Positions 39,162-48,057 of a stretch of 64,000 nt of DNA are shown here, piece by piece. The translations under genes and the position numbers were made by a program. Source of the DNA: Arenicellales bacterium (lineage in GTDB: Bacteria > Pseudomonadota > Gammaproteobacteria > Arenicellales > JAJDZL01). Under the pieces are notes generated by a model. It saw only the letters and a list, made by a program, of their open reading frames with translations, was not told where the DNA came from and ran no database searches. Numbering within the stretch: position 1 is the first letter of the stretch; every line of letters begins with the position of its first letter. The stretch is from the NCBI GenBank assembly GCA_965219265.1, contig OZ244730.1, positions 3,047,767-3,111,766 on the forward strand, read 5' to 3'.

Positions 39162-40560
39162 TCGCCGCGAGATAATTGATACAGCGAGTGCCCAATCGCT
39201 CTTACCACAGGTTGTCGAAAAGGACTACGTTCTTGGATGGATTCTTGCTGGCATCTATCAGCACGAAGCCCTTTCCGAGAACTGGATATTCAAAGGCGGC
39301 ACCTGTCTCAAGAAATGCTTTTTTGAAACCTACCGCTTTTCCGAAGACCTCGACTTTACGCTCAGGGACCCCGCCCATCTTGACGCGGTGTTTCTGAGCG
39401 CCGCCTTTGCCGACATCACGGACTGGATTTATGAGCGGACCGGCATCGAGCTTCCGGTCGAACGGCAGGAATTTGATGTCTACGCGAACCCGCAAGGCAA
39501 CCTGTCATGTCAGGGCAAGATCCCCTATCGCGGCCCGATTGCGCCGCGCGGCAGAAACATTCCCAACATCAAGCTTGATCTCACAGCCGACGAGCATCTG
39601 GTGCTCACTCCCGTGCGCCTTTCCATCTATCACCCCTATAGCGATGAACCGGACGAAGGCATTCACGTCAGCGCCTACGCCTATGAGGAAGCCTTCGGTG
39701 AAAAAGTGAGGGCGCTGGCCGAGCGTGCCCGGCCGCGCGACCTCTATGATGTCGTCAATCTCTATCGCAACACCGACGCGCGACCATCTCCATCGGTGTT
39801 GCTCGATGTCTTGCGCCAGAAATGCGAATTCAAGGGCATACCGCCCCCCCGCACGCCCGCCGATCTGGAGCCGCACCGCGCCGATCTTGAAGGCGCGTGG
39901 GATCACATGCTCGGCCACCAGCTCCCGGCGCTGCCGCCTGTGCAGACCTTCTGGGATGCTCTGCCTGAATTCTTCGCCTGGCTCGAGACCGGCATCGCGC
40001 CGGAAATCCCCGCCGCCTACCAGGTCACTGCCGGGGAGACGGTCCTGCGCGAGCGTACCCTTCCTCTGCCGGTATCTGGAATCGCCCGGTCGTATCTGGA
40101 AGTTATCCGCTTTGCTGCCGTCAACCGCCTGTGTGTCGATCTTCTCTACAAGAACGAGACGCGCCGCATCGAACCCTACTCCCTGCGTCGCACGCAGGAT
40201 GGCAACATCGTCCTGCACGCCTACGACACCGAAAAACAAGGCCATCGCAGCTATCGCGTGGATCGTATCCAGGATGCCCGGAGCACTGGTCAGACCTTTG
40301 TCCCCCGCTACGCCGTAGAACTCAGCCCGGCAGGACTGGTCATCGTTCAGCCCACTGTCACGCGCGTGACCGGCCTCTCCTCGCCAAGGCGTGCGCCGCG
40401 CATTGTAAAGCACCGCAACGAGCTACGCCATGTCTATGAATGCCCCTATTGCCACCGGCGTTTCTACCGCAAAAGGCGCAACTCGACTCTTAAGCCCCAC
40501 AACGACAAGAACGGCTATCGCTGCTCTGGTCGCCGCGCCACCTATATCGGCTTCCGGTAA
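39154..40560 (+). CDS. AbiEii/AbiGii-family nucleotidyltransferase toxin fused to a WYL-like domain and a C-terminal zinc ribbon
   Basis: The NTase core is EKDYVLGWIL...FKGGTCLKKCFFETYRFSEDLDFTL. The C-terminal ~170 aa extension has ...DLLYKNETRRIEPYSLRRTQDGNIVLHAYDTEKQGHRSYRVDRIQDA (WYL-like) followed by YECPYCHRRF...YRCSGRR (Cys-rich). Confidence 0.7.
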   Translation: MINRREIIDTASAQSLLPQVVEKDYVLGWILAGIYQHEALSENWIFKGGTCLKKCFFETYRFSEDLDFTLRDPAHLDAVFLSAAFADITDWIYERTGIELPVERQEFDVYANPQGNLSCQGKIPYRGPIAPRGRNIPNIKLDLTADEHLVLTPVRLSIYHPYSDEPDEGIHVSAYAYEEAFGEKVRALAERARPRDLYDVVNLYRNTDARPSPSVLLDVLRQKCEFKGIPPPRTPADLEPHRADLEGAWDHMLGHQLPALPPVQTFWDALPEFFAWLETGIAPEIPAAYQVTAGETVLRERTLPLPVSGIARSYLEVIRFAAVNRLCVDLLYKNETRRIEPYSLRRTQDGNIVLHAYDTEKQGHRSYRVDRIQDARSTGQTFVPRYAVELSPAGLVIVQPTVTRVTGLSSPRRAPRIVKHRNELRHVYECPYCHRRFYRKRRNSTLKPHNDKNGYRCSGRRATYIGFR

Positions 40561-40646
40561 CGCCGGCAGAGTTAGTCCTGACCAGCATGGTTCCACACAA
40601 ACCTGGAACACAGGTACCCACAAGAAAGGCAGGGAGCGTTCTGCCT

Positions 40647-41090
40647 TTACGAACCATCGGCCCTGTTGCCTTGGCTTTGGTGGGCGGCCGGCTCGGCCAG
40701 ACGGTGTTCTCTGTCCACGTCGGGCACGATGGTGGAGATAAACTCACGGATTTTCTGCACTTGGTTCTCGCGTCCGGACGCGATCAGGTCGCGAGCGATG
40801 GCCTGTGCAGCAAACAGAGATGCCCGCGCAACCTGGATCTGAGCTTCGGTGCTGAGCCATGCCCGCCGGTTAAGCGCTTCCATCGCAAGTTCGATCACGA
40901 GCTGGTTCGCCGTGATTAGGCTCCCTTCTGCCGCCTTTTCCAGTCGCTCCCACTGGTCGGGAAGGACGCGAATATGCTTTTCCTGGGGCTTTCGGGAGGC
41001 TTTGCCATCGTGTTTCTCTGTCCCTCTTTCGCCGGTTCTGTCACGAATTCGACAGGATTCCTTCTGAAGTTTGAGGAAAACGCGCTCCAT
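40647..41090 (-). CDS. Hypothetical protein, possible ribbon-helix-helix DNA-binding protein
   Basis: 147 aa and GC-rich. HIRVLPDQWERLEKAAEGS...ANQLVIELAMEAL resembles an RHH (CopG/MobC-like) segment. Confidence 0.4.
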   Translation of the reverse strand: MERVFLKLQKESCRIRDRTGERGTEKHDGKASRKPQEKHIRVLPDQWERLEKAAEGSLITANQLVIELAMEALNRRAWLSTEAQIQVARASLFAAQAIARDLIASGRENQVQKIREFISTIVPDVDREHRLAEPAAHQSQGNRADGS

Positions 41091-41159
41091 TTCATCCGAG
41101 GAACGCTTTGATCGGATCTGCGTCGATGTCGAATGGTTGCACGACCGATCGGGCGTTCC

Positions 41160-41518
41160 GATTGAATTAGCATAGACGATACGGCCTCGCCACGATCCCG
41201 CGAGTGCCGTTCAGGGTATCAAAGCATTGAAATTGCTTGTAATTGTGGTAGTGCCGAATTGGTCGCAACTCTTTCCGGCACGACAGGGACGTGCTCCTGT
41301 GCGCAAGGTCATGGGCACGAGCAAGCCATTGAAGGCAGTCGCAGCTCTGGCAACACCCGCAGAGTAACTGCGTCAGGTGTGAATCCCAAAGCTACCCCGA
41401 GCGGTCGGGAACGGCCGGACCTGCTGAATGAGCGAGTGGGGGAGCCGCCGCGGCGCTTGAGCGGGCGGGAGTGCATGACGCGCGAGGCCCAGGCTGGGAC
41501 GAACGCAACGCGAATCGC
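41160..41518. other. GC-rich non-coding remnant at the right edge of the foreign insertion
   Basis: There is no credible ORF. Dense local helices include GCAGCTCTG...CAGAG-taa-CTGC and CCCAGgCTGGG. The region ends exactly where the betC-flanking repeat starts. Confidence 0.4.
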
Positions 41519-41546
41519 ATGAAGCGCGCACATACTTTAAGTACTG

Positions 41547-43088
41547 TCATGACCCGATCAACTTCGACCATCGAGGGAATCTGCTGACTACCGCCAGGTC
41601 ATCGAGTTCTCGATGTATTCTCACATAGACTTCAGCTGCATCTCGTATGGGTTGGTAGTCCCATGAAGTAGGCAGACTATTGCTCATTGTTTCTTGAATC
41701 AGCAGTCGAGCCTGCTGAGTTTCAATTACGTCTGTGCGTATTTCGTCGAAATCCCATTTTCCAGCAATCTCTTTGCCAAATGCTGCGGCGATATCCAGAT
41801 GATTGGAATCAGCAGCAAGATTTTGCGTTTCATCTGGGTCTTCCTGTAGATTGAACAGCATTGGATCATCCGAATCGCAATGAATGTACTTGTAGTCCCC
41901 GCGACGGATCATCACCATCGGATGGGACGTACACTCAGCTGCATACTGAGAAATCGTAGAATTTTCTTGTTCCATTGCAGAACCCGTCAGCAGTGAATGT
42001 AGGCTTCGCCCGTCGATTGATTGCTGGATGTCGGGGACGCCATTCGAGCTCCCAGAAGCAAAATCAAGCAACGTCGGTAGAATATCGATGGTGGAGCAAA
42101 CATTTGGAATTGTCGAGCGGGCGACGTCAGGGCCGGCAACAATCAAAGGAATTCTCGCGGAATGTTCGAAAAAGTTCATCTTGTACCAAAGCCCGCGTTC
42201 ACCGAGCATGTCTCCGTGGTCCGACATGACGACTACAACAGTATTGTCGATGAGGTTTGTCTTCTTGAGTGCGTCTACGAATTGCCCGACCCAGTCATCA
42301 AAATAGGACGTATTGGCATAGTAGGCGTGACGCGCGTTCAATATCGCTTCATCATCGGGCGGGTGTATGTCTGCTTGAATACCTCCAATGATGCGCTTGC
42401 TGTGCGCGTCCATGTCAACAGCATTCATGGATAGATTCGGCATGTCAATCTGGCTGTCATCACATAAATCCCACCACTTCTGGCGAGCAGTATACGGATC
42501 ATGTGGATGAGTGAACGAAGCAACCAGAATGAAAGGCAATTGCTCAGGACTCCGAGCATAGTCATAGATTCTGCGAATTCCATGAAATCCGACTTCATCG
42601 TCAAATTCCAGTTGGTATGTAATCTCGGCAGAACCGGCCTCATTAACGCCGCTCATGTTGTGGTACCAGACATCAATACGTTCGTCTGCTGCCAGCCAAT
42701 TGGGAGTAAATGCAAAGTCAGCCGGATAGATGTCGGTAGTCAATCGCTCGTGAAAACCGTGCAGCTGGTCGGGGCCGATAAAGTGCATTTTGCCGGTTAG
42801 GCAAGCGTGATAACCCATCTGCCTTAGATAGTGACAGAATGTTGGTACCGTCGCTGGAAATTCTGCAGCGTTGTCGTAGGCTTTGATTTTGAACGGAAGT
42901 TGTCCAGACATGAATGCGGATCTGGCTGGAGCGCATAGCGGACTTGCCGTATAAGCGGCATCAAATCGGCAGCCTTGCTCCGCAAGATCGTCCATGTTCG
43001 GAGTTTTTACTAGCGAATGACCATAAGTGCCCGTGTAGTGTGGTGCGAGTTGATCCGCCATAAGAATCAAAAAATTTGGCGTCTTCAT
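41547..43088 (-). CDS. betC: Choline-sulfatase
   Basis: MKTPNFLILMADQL...SPLCAPARSAF is the sulfatase CxPxR-type motif (here C-A-P-A-R). 513 aa with choline-sulfatase-like sequence throughout. Confidence 0.8.
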   Translation of the reverse strand: MKTPNFLILMADQLAPHYTGTYGHSLVKTPNMDDLAEQGCRFDAAYTASPLCAPARSAFMSGQLPFKIKAYDNAAEFPATVPTFCHYLRQMGYHACLTGKMHFIGPDQLHGFHERLTTDIYPADFAFTPNWLAADERIDVWYHNMSGVNEAGSAEITYQLEFDDEVGFHGIRRIYDYARSPEQLPFILVASFTHPHDPYTARQKWWDLCDDSQIDMPNLSMNAVDMDAHSKRIIGGIQADIHPPDDEAILNARHAYYANTSYFDDWVGQFVDALKKTNLIDNTVVVVMSDHGDMLGERGLWYKMNFFEHSARIPLIVAGPDVARSTIPNVCSTIDILPTLLDFASGSSNGVPDIQQSIDGRSLHSLLTGSAMEQENSTISQYAAECTSHPMVMIRRGDYKYIHCDSDDPMLFNLQEDPDETQNLAADSNHLDIAAAFGKEIAGKWDFDEIRTDVIETQQARLLIQETMSNSLPTSWDYQPIRDAAEVYVRIHRELDDLAVVSRFPRWSKLIGS

Positions 43089-43345
43089 TCCTTGAACTGA
43101 GCTCCGAGAATCTGTGATAATGATCGAAAATTTTCTAGCCTATATTATAAATCTTGATCGCAAATTAAATTTAGAATTAGCGGTAAAATCAGAAAGTTAA
43201 GTCATGCCCCAAATACATGAACAACAGTAACGGAATGCAGTTCAGTTCTTCAAATTAAAATAATGTTACAATAGTGATTTCATTGATAGCATTGAAAACA
43301 ATGCCATCAAACAGCAAGAGTTTGAAGATTAGGTGGAGGTTACTG

Positions 43346-43597
43346 GTGGCAAGTATTACGATTCGAAATCTTGAAGATGAGGTGAAACGCCGCCTTCGCA
43401 TTCAAGCAGCAACAAAGGGACATTCCATGGAAGAAGAGGCACGCCGAATTCTACGAGTCGCACTGGGTATGCAAGTTGATGTGCCTGATACTGATAGCCC
43501 GCCGGATGTCAATTTTCCTGTTGTGGAACCATCAGGCGATGCTGACCTTGATCTGCCGCTATCAGAGCCGGTCCGAGACCCTCCAATATTCGACTAA
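43346..43597 (+). CDS. FitA/VapB-like ribbon-helix-helix antitoxin without a cognate toxin gene
   Basis: (V)ASITIRNLEDEVKRRLRIQAATKGHSMEEEARRILR...DLDLPLSEPVRDPPIFD. GTG 43346 is preceded by GGAGG. The longer track ORF (43274) adds an implausible leader. Confidence 0.7.
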   Translation: MASITIRNLEDEVKRRLRIQAATKGHSMEEEARRILRVALGMQVDVPDTDSPPDVNFPVVEPSGDADLDLPLSEPVRDPPIFD

Positions 43598-43628
43598 TTT
43601 GTTTTTGGTGGTTTGACTGCTGAAATTG

Positions 43629-44726
43629 TCATCCACAGTGCAATCTGGAGAGATACCGATCAGTCTGCATTTCATGTAGTCTGCTCTTTGTCCGTTCGAA
43701 TTCTTGCGCCAGCCGCGTTCCTGTGTAGAGTGAGTTTATGCTGGTTTCAGCGGACAATATCAGATGTACTCCGCGATCGTAGAATTCGTCAACTAGTTCA
43801 ATAAATCGACGAGCTTGGTTTTCATATTGCCAGGTAAGAACAGGTACGTTGGATATGATGACGGTTCGGTACAGGTTGGCGATTTCTATGCAGTCGGCTT
43901 TGGAGCGTGGGCCATCGCAAATGTCGAAAAACTCGAACCAGACGAGATGATTGGTATGGCAGACTGTCTGGATCTGTCTATTGAGAATTTCCAAGCTTCC
44001 CTTCCTCATTGAGTCTCCGTCGCTAAAGAGCTGCAAATCTTCTTGTAGCGAAGCCGTTGTACTGGTGTCCAAAGAATCATAGAACAGGGGTTTTCCGGAC
44101 ATCGCTCTTAGACGATAGTCGGTACCTTCACCGATATGAACGACATCCATTTGCGAATTAATCAGTTTGATTGCAGGCACAAATCGATCTCTCTGTAATC
44201 CTCCTTGATAGAGTTGATCTGGTTTCGTGTTTGATGTCATGACCAGAACAACGCCATTGTCAGTCAGCGATTTCAACAGACTCGCCAGAATGACAGCGTC
44301 TGCGATATCCAGTACGAAAAATTCATCGAGGCAAAGCAGCCTGTGTTGTTTTGCAAAATCTCGACCGATTTTTGCCAGGGGGTCTCGAGTATTTTGTCTT
44401 TCCTTCAACTCATGGTGGATGGATTGCATGAATCGATGGAAGTGGATGCGTTTCTTTGCGGATGTGGGTGCGGACTGAAAGAACAGGTCCATAAGATAGG
44501 TTTTTCCTCGACCGACTCCACCCCAGATGTAGATGCCTCGAATGAATTTTGATTTTTTTCTGAATACAGATTGGAACATCCAATTGTTTTGCGCGGCTTT
44601 CGCAACTGCAATCTCATCGAACAGTCGTTGGAAATTGCCAATCGCATTGAACTGTTCAGGGTCGCTCTGCATGTCGTTGTGCTTCATGCTTGCGTTGAAT
44701 TGATCAAGAAGTGAGATTTGAGACAT
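43629..44726 (-). CDS. zapE: Cell-division protein ZapE (AFG1-like ATPase)
   Basis: Walker A GGVGRGKTYLMD, Walker B LLCLDEF, and family-wide similarity. Confidence 0.85.
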   Translation of the reverse strand: MSQISLLDQFNASMKHNDMQSDPEQFNAIGNFQRLFDEIAVAKAAQNNWMFQSVFRKKSKFIRGIYIWGGVGRGKTYLMDLFFQSAPTSAKKRIHFHRFMQSIHHELKERQNTRDPLAKIGRDFAKQHRLLCLDEFFVLDIADAVILASLLKSLTDNGVVLVMTSNTKPDQLYQGGLQRDRFVPAIKLINSQMDVVHIGEGTDYRLRAMSGKPLFYDSLDTSTTASLQEDLQLFSDGDSMRKGSLEILNRQIQTVCHTNHLVWFEFFDICDGPRSKADCIEIANLYRTVIISNVPVLTWQYENQARRFIELVDEFYDRGVHLILSAETSINSLYTGTRLAQEFERTKSRLHEMQTDRYLSRLHCG

Positions 44727-44852
44727 TCTTTGATTACTCGCAGCTCAAGTTGGCTCCTGCCTGAAACACGCTTCATTTGTTGGTGGCATTCGGAAATCCT
44801 ATTAAATTCCAATTAGACCGAAACGGTATAATTAAACTGCTCCAATTGATTC

Positions 44853-45713
44853 ATGCCTGATTCCATGCCAAATTCAAATGACCCGGACCTAACACAATTG
44901 GTCAAGCAGGTTATAAAAATATCGAAAGAGGCCAGCAAGGTCATCCTCACTCATTACAGAACTGGTTATGATGTCAGTAGTAAAAGCGATTGCTCTCCGG
45001 TAACATCAGCGGACATAGGCGCGAATCGTGTCATCATGTCTGGACTTGAAAATCTCAAGCCGAATTGGCCAATTATTTCAGAAGAGACGACAATTCCAAA
45101 TTATTCCATACGATCAAAGTGGGGTCACTACTGGTTGATCGATCCGATGGATGGCACGAAATCGTTCATAAATGGGGATACCGAATTTACAGTAAACATT
45201 GCATTGATTGAAGGTTCCTCTCCAGTATTGGGGGTAGTCCACTCTCCGGTTGAAGATCGTACCTACTGGGGAGTGAAGGGGTTTGGTGCTTATTGCCTGG
45301 ATGGAAAAAATGGCTATAGCGGCAAGATTGAAGTTAATGACTTTACTGGAAATCATGTCAGAATTATCAGACCTAGATTTAGAGGTTATGATCAAACTCA
45401 AGCTTTCGAGAAAAATCTAAAAGCTCATTCGATGGTATGCGAAACCTTCAAATCGTCAAGTTCAATCAAGTTCTGCCGAGTTGCGGAGGGCCGTGTGGAT
45501 GTTTTTCCCAGTTTTAGCCAAACTGCAGAATGGGATACTGCGGCGGCTCACTGCGTAGTGGAGTGTGCAGGTGGAATTGTTCAACAACTGAATGGAACCC
45601 CTTTGATTTATAACAAACGCAATTTAGACAACCCGCGATTTATCGTTTCAGGTGGCGGCGACTTTGAATGGCGAAATTTCATTCCTTATGACATGCTTGA
45701 TGAAATCATCTGA
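44853..45713 (+). CDS. cysQ: 3'(2'),5'-bisphosphate nucleotidase
   Basis: Inositol-monophosphatase-fold motifs ISEE, WLIDPMDGT and WDTAAA. Confidence 0.85.
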   Translation: MPDSMPNSNDPDLTQLVKQVIKISKEASKVILTHYRTGYDVSSKSDCSPVTSADIGANRVIMSGLENLKPNWPIISEETTIPNYSIRSKWGHYWLIDPMDGTKSFINGDTEFTVNIALIEGSSPVLGVVHSPVEDRTYWGVKGFGAYCLDGKNGYSGKIEVNDFTGNHVRIIRPRFRGYDQTQAFEKNLKAHSMVCETFKSSSSIKFCRVAEGRVDVFPSFSQTAEWDTAAAHCVVECAGGIVQQLNGTPLIYNKRNLDNPRFIVSGGGDFEWRNFIPYDMLDEII

Positions 45714-45960
45714 TTGTTCTGATTGATCGTTTTCTTCGTTTAAAGCGGCGAATGCACAATCGTGAATTGACGTAGATGTAGCGAGCGAATCTGTAATCTG
45801 CGGATAGCACAATCAATCCAAGCGGAATCATCCAGAATCCAATGACAGGAAGAAATCCAAGGAAGCCCAGACACACCAAAATGATTCCGATAGTCTGGCG
45901 AAGCAAGGGCGGAAACGAGTGGAGTTTCTTGATGAAATTTCTTAGACGATGTTTTCGCAT
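45706..45960 (-). CDS. Small membrane protein, function unknown
   Basis: 84 aa with two hydrophobic helices (IGIILVCLGFLGFLPVIGFWMIPLGLIVL) and basic ends. Confidence 0.45.
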   Translation of the reverse strand: MRKHRLRNFIKKLHSFPPLLRQTIGIILVCLGFLGFLPVIGFWMIPLGLIVLSADYRFARYIYVNSRLCIRRFKRRKRSIRTIR

Positions 45961-45990
45961 CAGTTACCGGTGGATATCAAAAAGTAAACA

Positions 45991-46842
45991 GTGAAAAATC
46001 TCGAATTTGTAAAAATGCATTCTCTGGGCAATGATTTCGTAGTCATTGACGGGATTGAGCAAAAAATATCCTTGACTTCAGACATAGTGAAAGCGATTGC
46101 AGATCGGCGGACTGGAGTTGGATGTGATCAAATTTTACTTGTGAAAAGCATTCGCGGGAGAAAGAATATTTTTGAGTTTCATATTTTCAATGCTGACGGT
46201 TCCGAGTCATCGCAATGCGGTAATGGTGCCTGTTGCGTCGCCAGCTTGATCTATGAGCGTGCTTATTCGACTGGAAAGGAGCTGATATTGCAAACAAATG
46301 TCGATTCACTTCAATGCACCATAGGCCAAGACAGGAAAGTCACTGCTGCACTTGGAGTTCCACGATTCAGTCCATCGGATGTACCGTTTCTTGCCGATTC
46401 AGAAGAGATCACGTATCCACTGGAGGTCAATGGTAAATCGCTGTCGATTTCCGCACTATCTATTGGAAACCCACATGCAGTTGTGGTTGTGTCAGACATT
46501 GAAAATGCGCCTGTGGAAGAGACCGGCGCAGCTATTGAATCGCATGCAAGGTTTCCAGAGAGAGCTAACGTCGGTTACATGCAAATAGAAAATGACAGTT
46601 CAATTCGCCTGAGAGTGTTTGAGCGCGGAGTCGGTGAAACGCTCGCTTGTGGAAGTGGTGCGGGCGCTGCTGTTATCGCGGGTCAACGAATGGGGTTGCT
46701 AGGAACAAGAGTAACCGTCAAATTTGCTATCGGTGATGCTGTCGTCGAGTGGAAAGGAGCAGGTTCCCCTGTATTTCTTACCGCATTTACATCCCGTGCT
46801 TATCAGGGCGAATTACTAGGATGCCTGGACCAGTTCAATTGA
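45991..46842 (+). CDS. dapF: Diaminopimelate epimerase
   Basis: FVKMHSLGNDFVVID..., catalytic-Cys contexts SQCGNG and ACGSGA. 283 aa. Confidence 0.95.
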   Translation: MKNLEFVKMHSLGNDFVVIDGIEQKISLTSDIVKAIADRRTGVGCDQILLVKSIRGRKNIFEFHIFNADGSESSQCGNGACCVASLIYERAYSTGKELILQTNVDSLQCTIGQDRKVTAALGVPRFSPSDVPFLADSEEITYPLEVNGKSLSISALSIGNPHAVVVVSDIENAPVEETGAAIESHARFPERANVGYMQIENDSSIRLRVFERGVGETLACGSGAGAAVIAGQRMGLLGTRVTVKFAIGDAVVEWKGAGSPVFLTAFTSRAYQGELLGCLDQFN

Positions 46843-46852
46843 GAATTTCGCT

Positions 46853-47752
46853 ATGCAACAAGCTGAGTTGATAACTGCGTTCATCAATCATCTGCAAACA
46901 GAACGCCGGCTCTCCAGTCACACCGTATTAAATTATGGTCGCGACCTGCAGCGATTGCGTCGATACCTGGAGAAACATGACATTGATTGCTGGAACACTG
47001 TTAACCCCGCGTTGGCGCGAGGCTTTGTCGGTGAAAGCTACAGGCAGGGGCTGTCAGGCCGCAGTATTAGTCGAATGTTATCCAGCGTACGTTCATTCTA
47101 TCGTTATCTGATTCGTGAGAATCTGGCTCTGAACAACCCGTTCGAAGGTGTTTCCGCTCCCAAATCAGGGCGGCAACTGCCGAAGATTCTTACCGCCGAA
47201 CAAGCTATTCGTTTGGTTGAACTGTCTGGAGACGACCTGCTGACAGTTCGAGACCGAGCGGTCGTTGAACTCTTTTATACTTCTGGAATTCGTTTGCAGG
47301 AACTTGTCGGTCTGAACATTGCCGATGTGAATTTCGATCAGAACATGATTCGAGTTCTGGGTAAAGGCTCGAAAGATAGAATCGTACCCATAGGAGCCTG
47401 TGCGGTCGAAGCTATTCAGATTTGGTTAGCAAGGCGCCATGAATGGGCGGCTGCTGATGAAACAGCTCTGTTCGTCACCAAAAGAGGCGGGCGTCCCAGC
47501 ACCCGTACGATACAGAAGCGTATTGAGATTCGTGCCATGCAGCAGGATATCCCGATGCGAGTGCATCCCCACATGCTACGCCATTCATTCGCAACGCATG
47601 TTCTGGAATCAAGCAGCGATATTCGAGCGGTTCAGGAGTTTCTCGGTCACGCCAATATTTCGACAACCCAGATCTACACACACCTGGACTTCGGTCATTT
47701 GTCGAAAGAGTATGATCGCGCACATCCTCGTGCGAAAAAGAAACCCGTCTAA
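46853..47752 (+). CDS. xerC: Tyrosine recombinase XerC
   Basis: N-terminal SAM-like domain. C-terminal HMLRHSFATHVLESSSDIRAVQEFLGHANISTTQIYTH. Position after dapF is conserved. Confidence 0.9.
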   Translation: MQQAELITAFINHLQTERRLSSHTVLNYGRDLQRLRRYLEKHDIDCWNTVNPALARGFVGESYRQGLSGRSISRMLSSVRSFYRYLIRENLALNNPFEGVSAPKSGRQLPKILTAEQAIRLVELSGDDLLTVRDRAVVELFYTSGIRLQELVGLNIADVNFDQNMIRVLGKGSKDRIVPIGACAVEAIQIWLARRHEWAAADETALFVTKRGGRPSTRTIQKRIEIRAMQQDIPMRVHPHMLRHSFATHVLESSSDIRAVQEFLGHANISTTQIYTHLDFGHLSKEYDRAHPRAKKKPV

Positions 47753-48057
47753 ATTCAGTTCTTCAAGAGATTTGACAGACATACGCAATATGCACGCTGG
47801 AATATTCAATATTTCCGAGGTTCTGTGCTCATTCGCATTGAATTTGAAATCAAAATCGGATATTTTTAACCACTTTCTAGCGCCCGATTGAGCTAAGTGT
47901 CGAAATACAATTTCACTCAGTGCTTTTCGGGAAATCAAATTTAACGATTGAAAGTCGTTACCGCCGGGACGAAGCCAACTAGTGCATTGGCTTAGATGAG
48001 CGAAGCAAATCATGGCTCCGGTGGTTCTTTATTTGGAATAAATTCAGGGAGATATTC

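Noticed and set aside
41340-41440. A second cobalamin-riboswitch-like stretch (GGTGTGAATCCC...GGCCGGACCTGC) in the GC-rich tail.
   Set aside because: The order of elements is wrong and there is no GCCACTG or AGGGAA core. The resemblance is judged fortuitous in GC-rich sequence.
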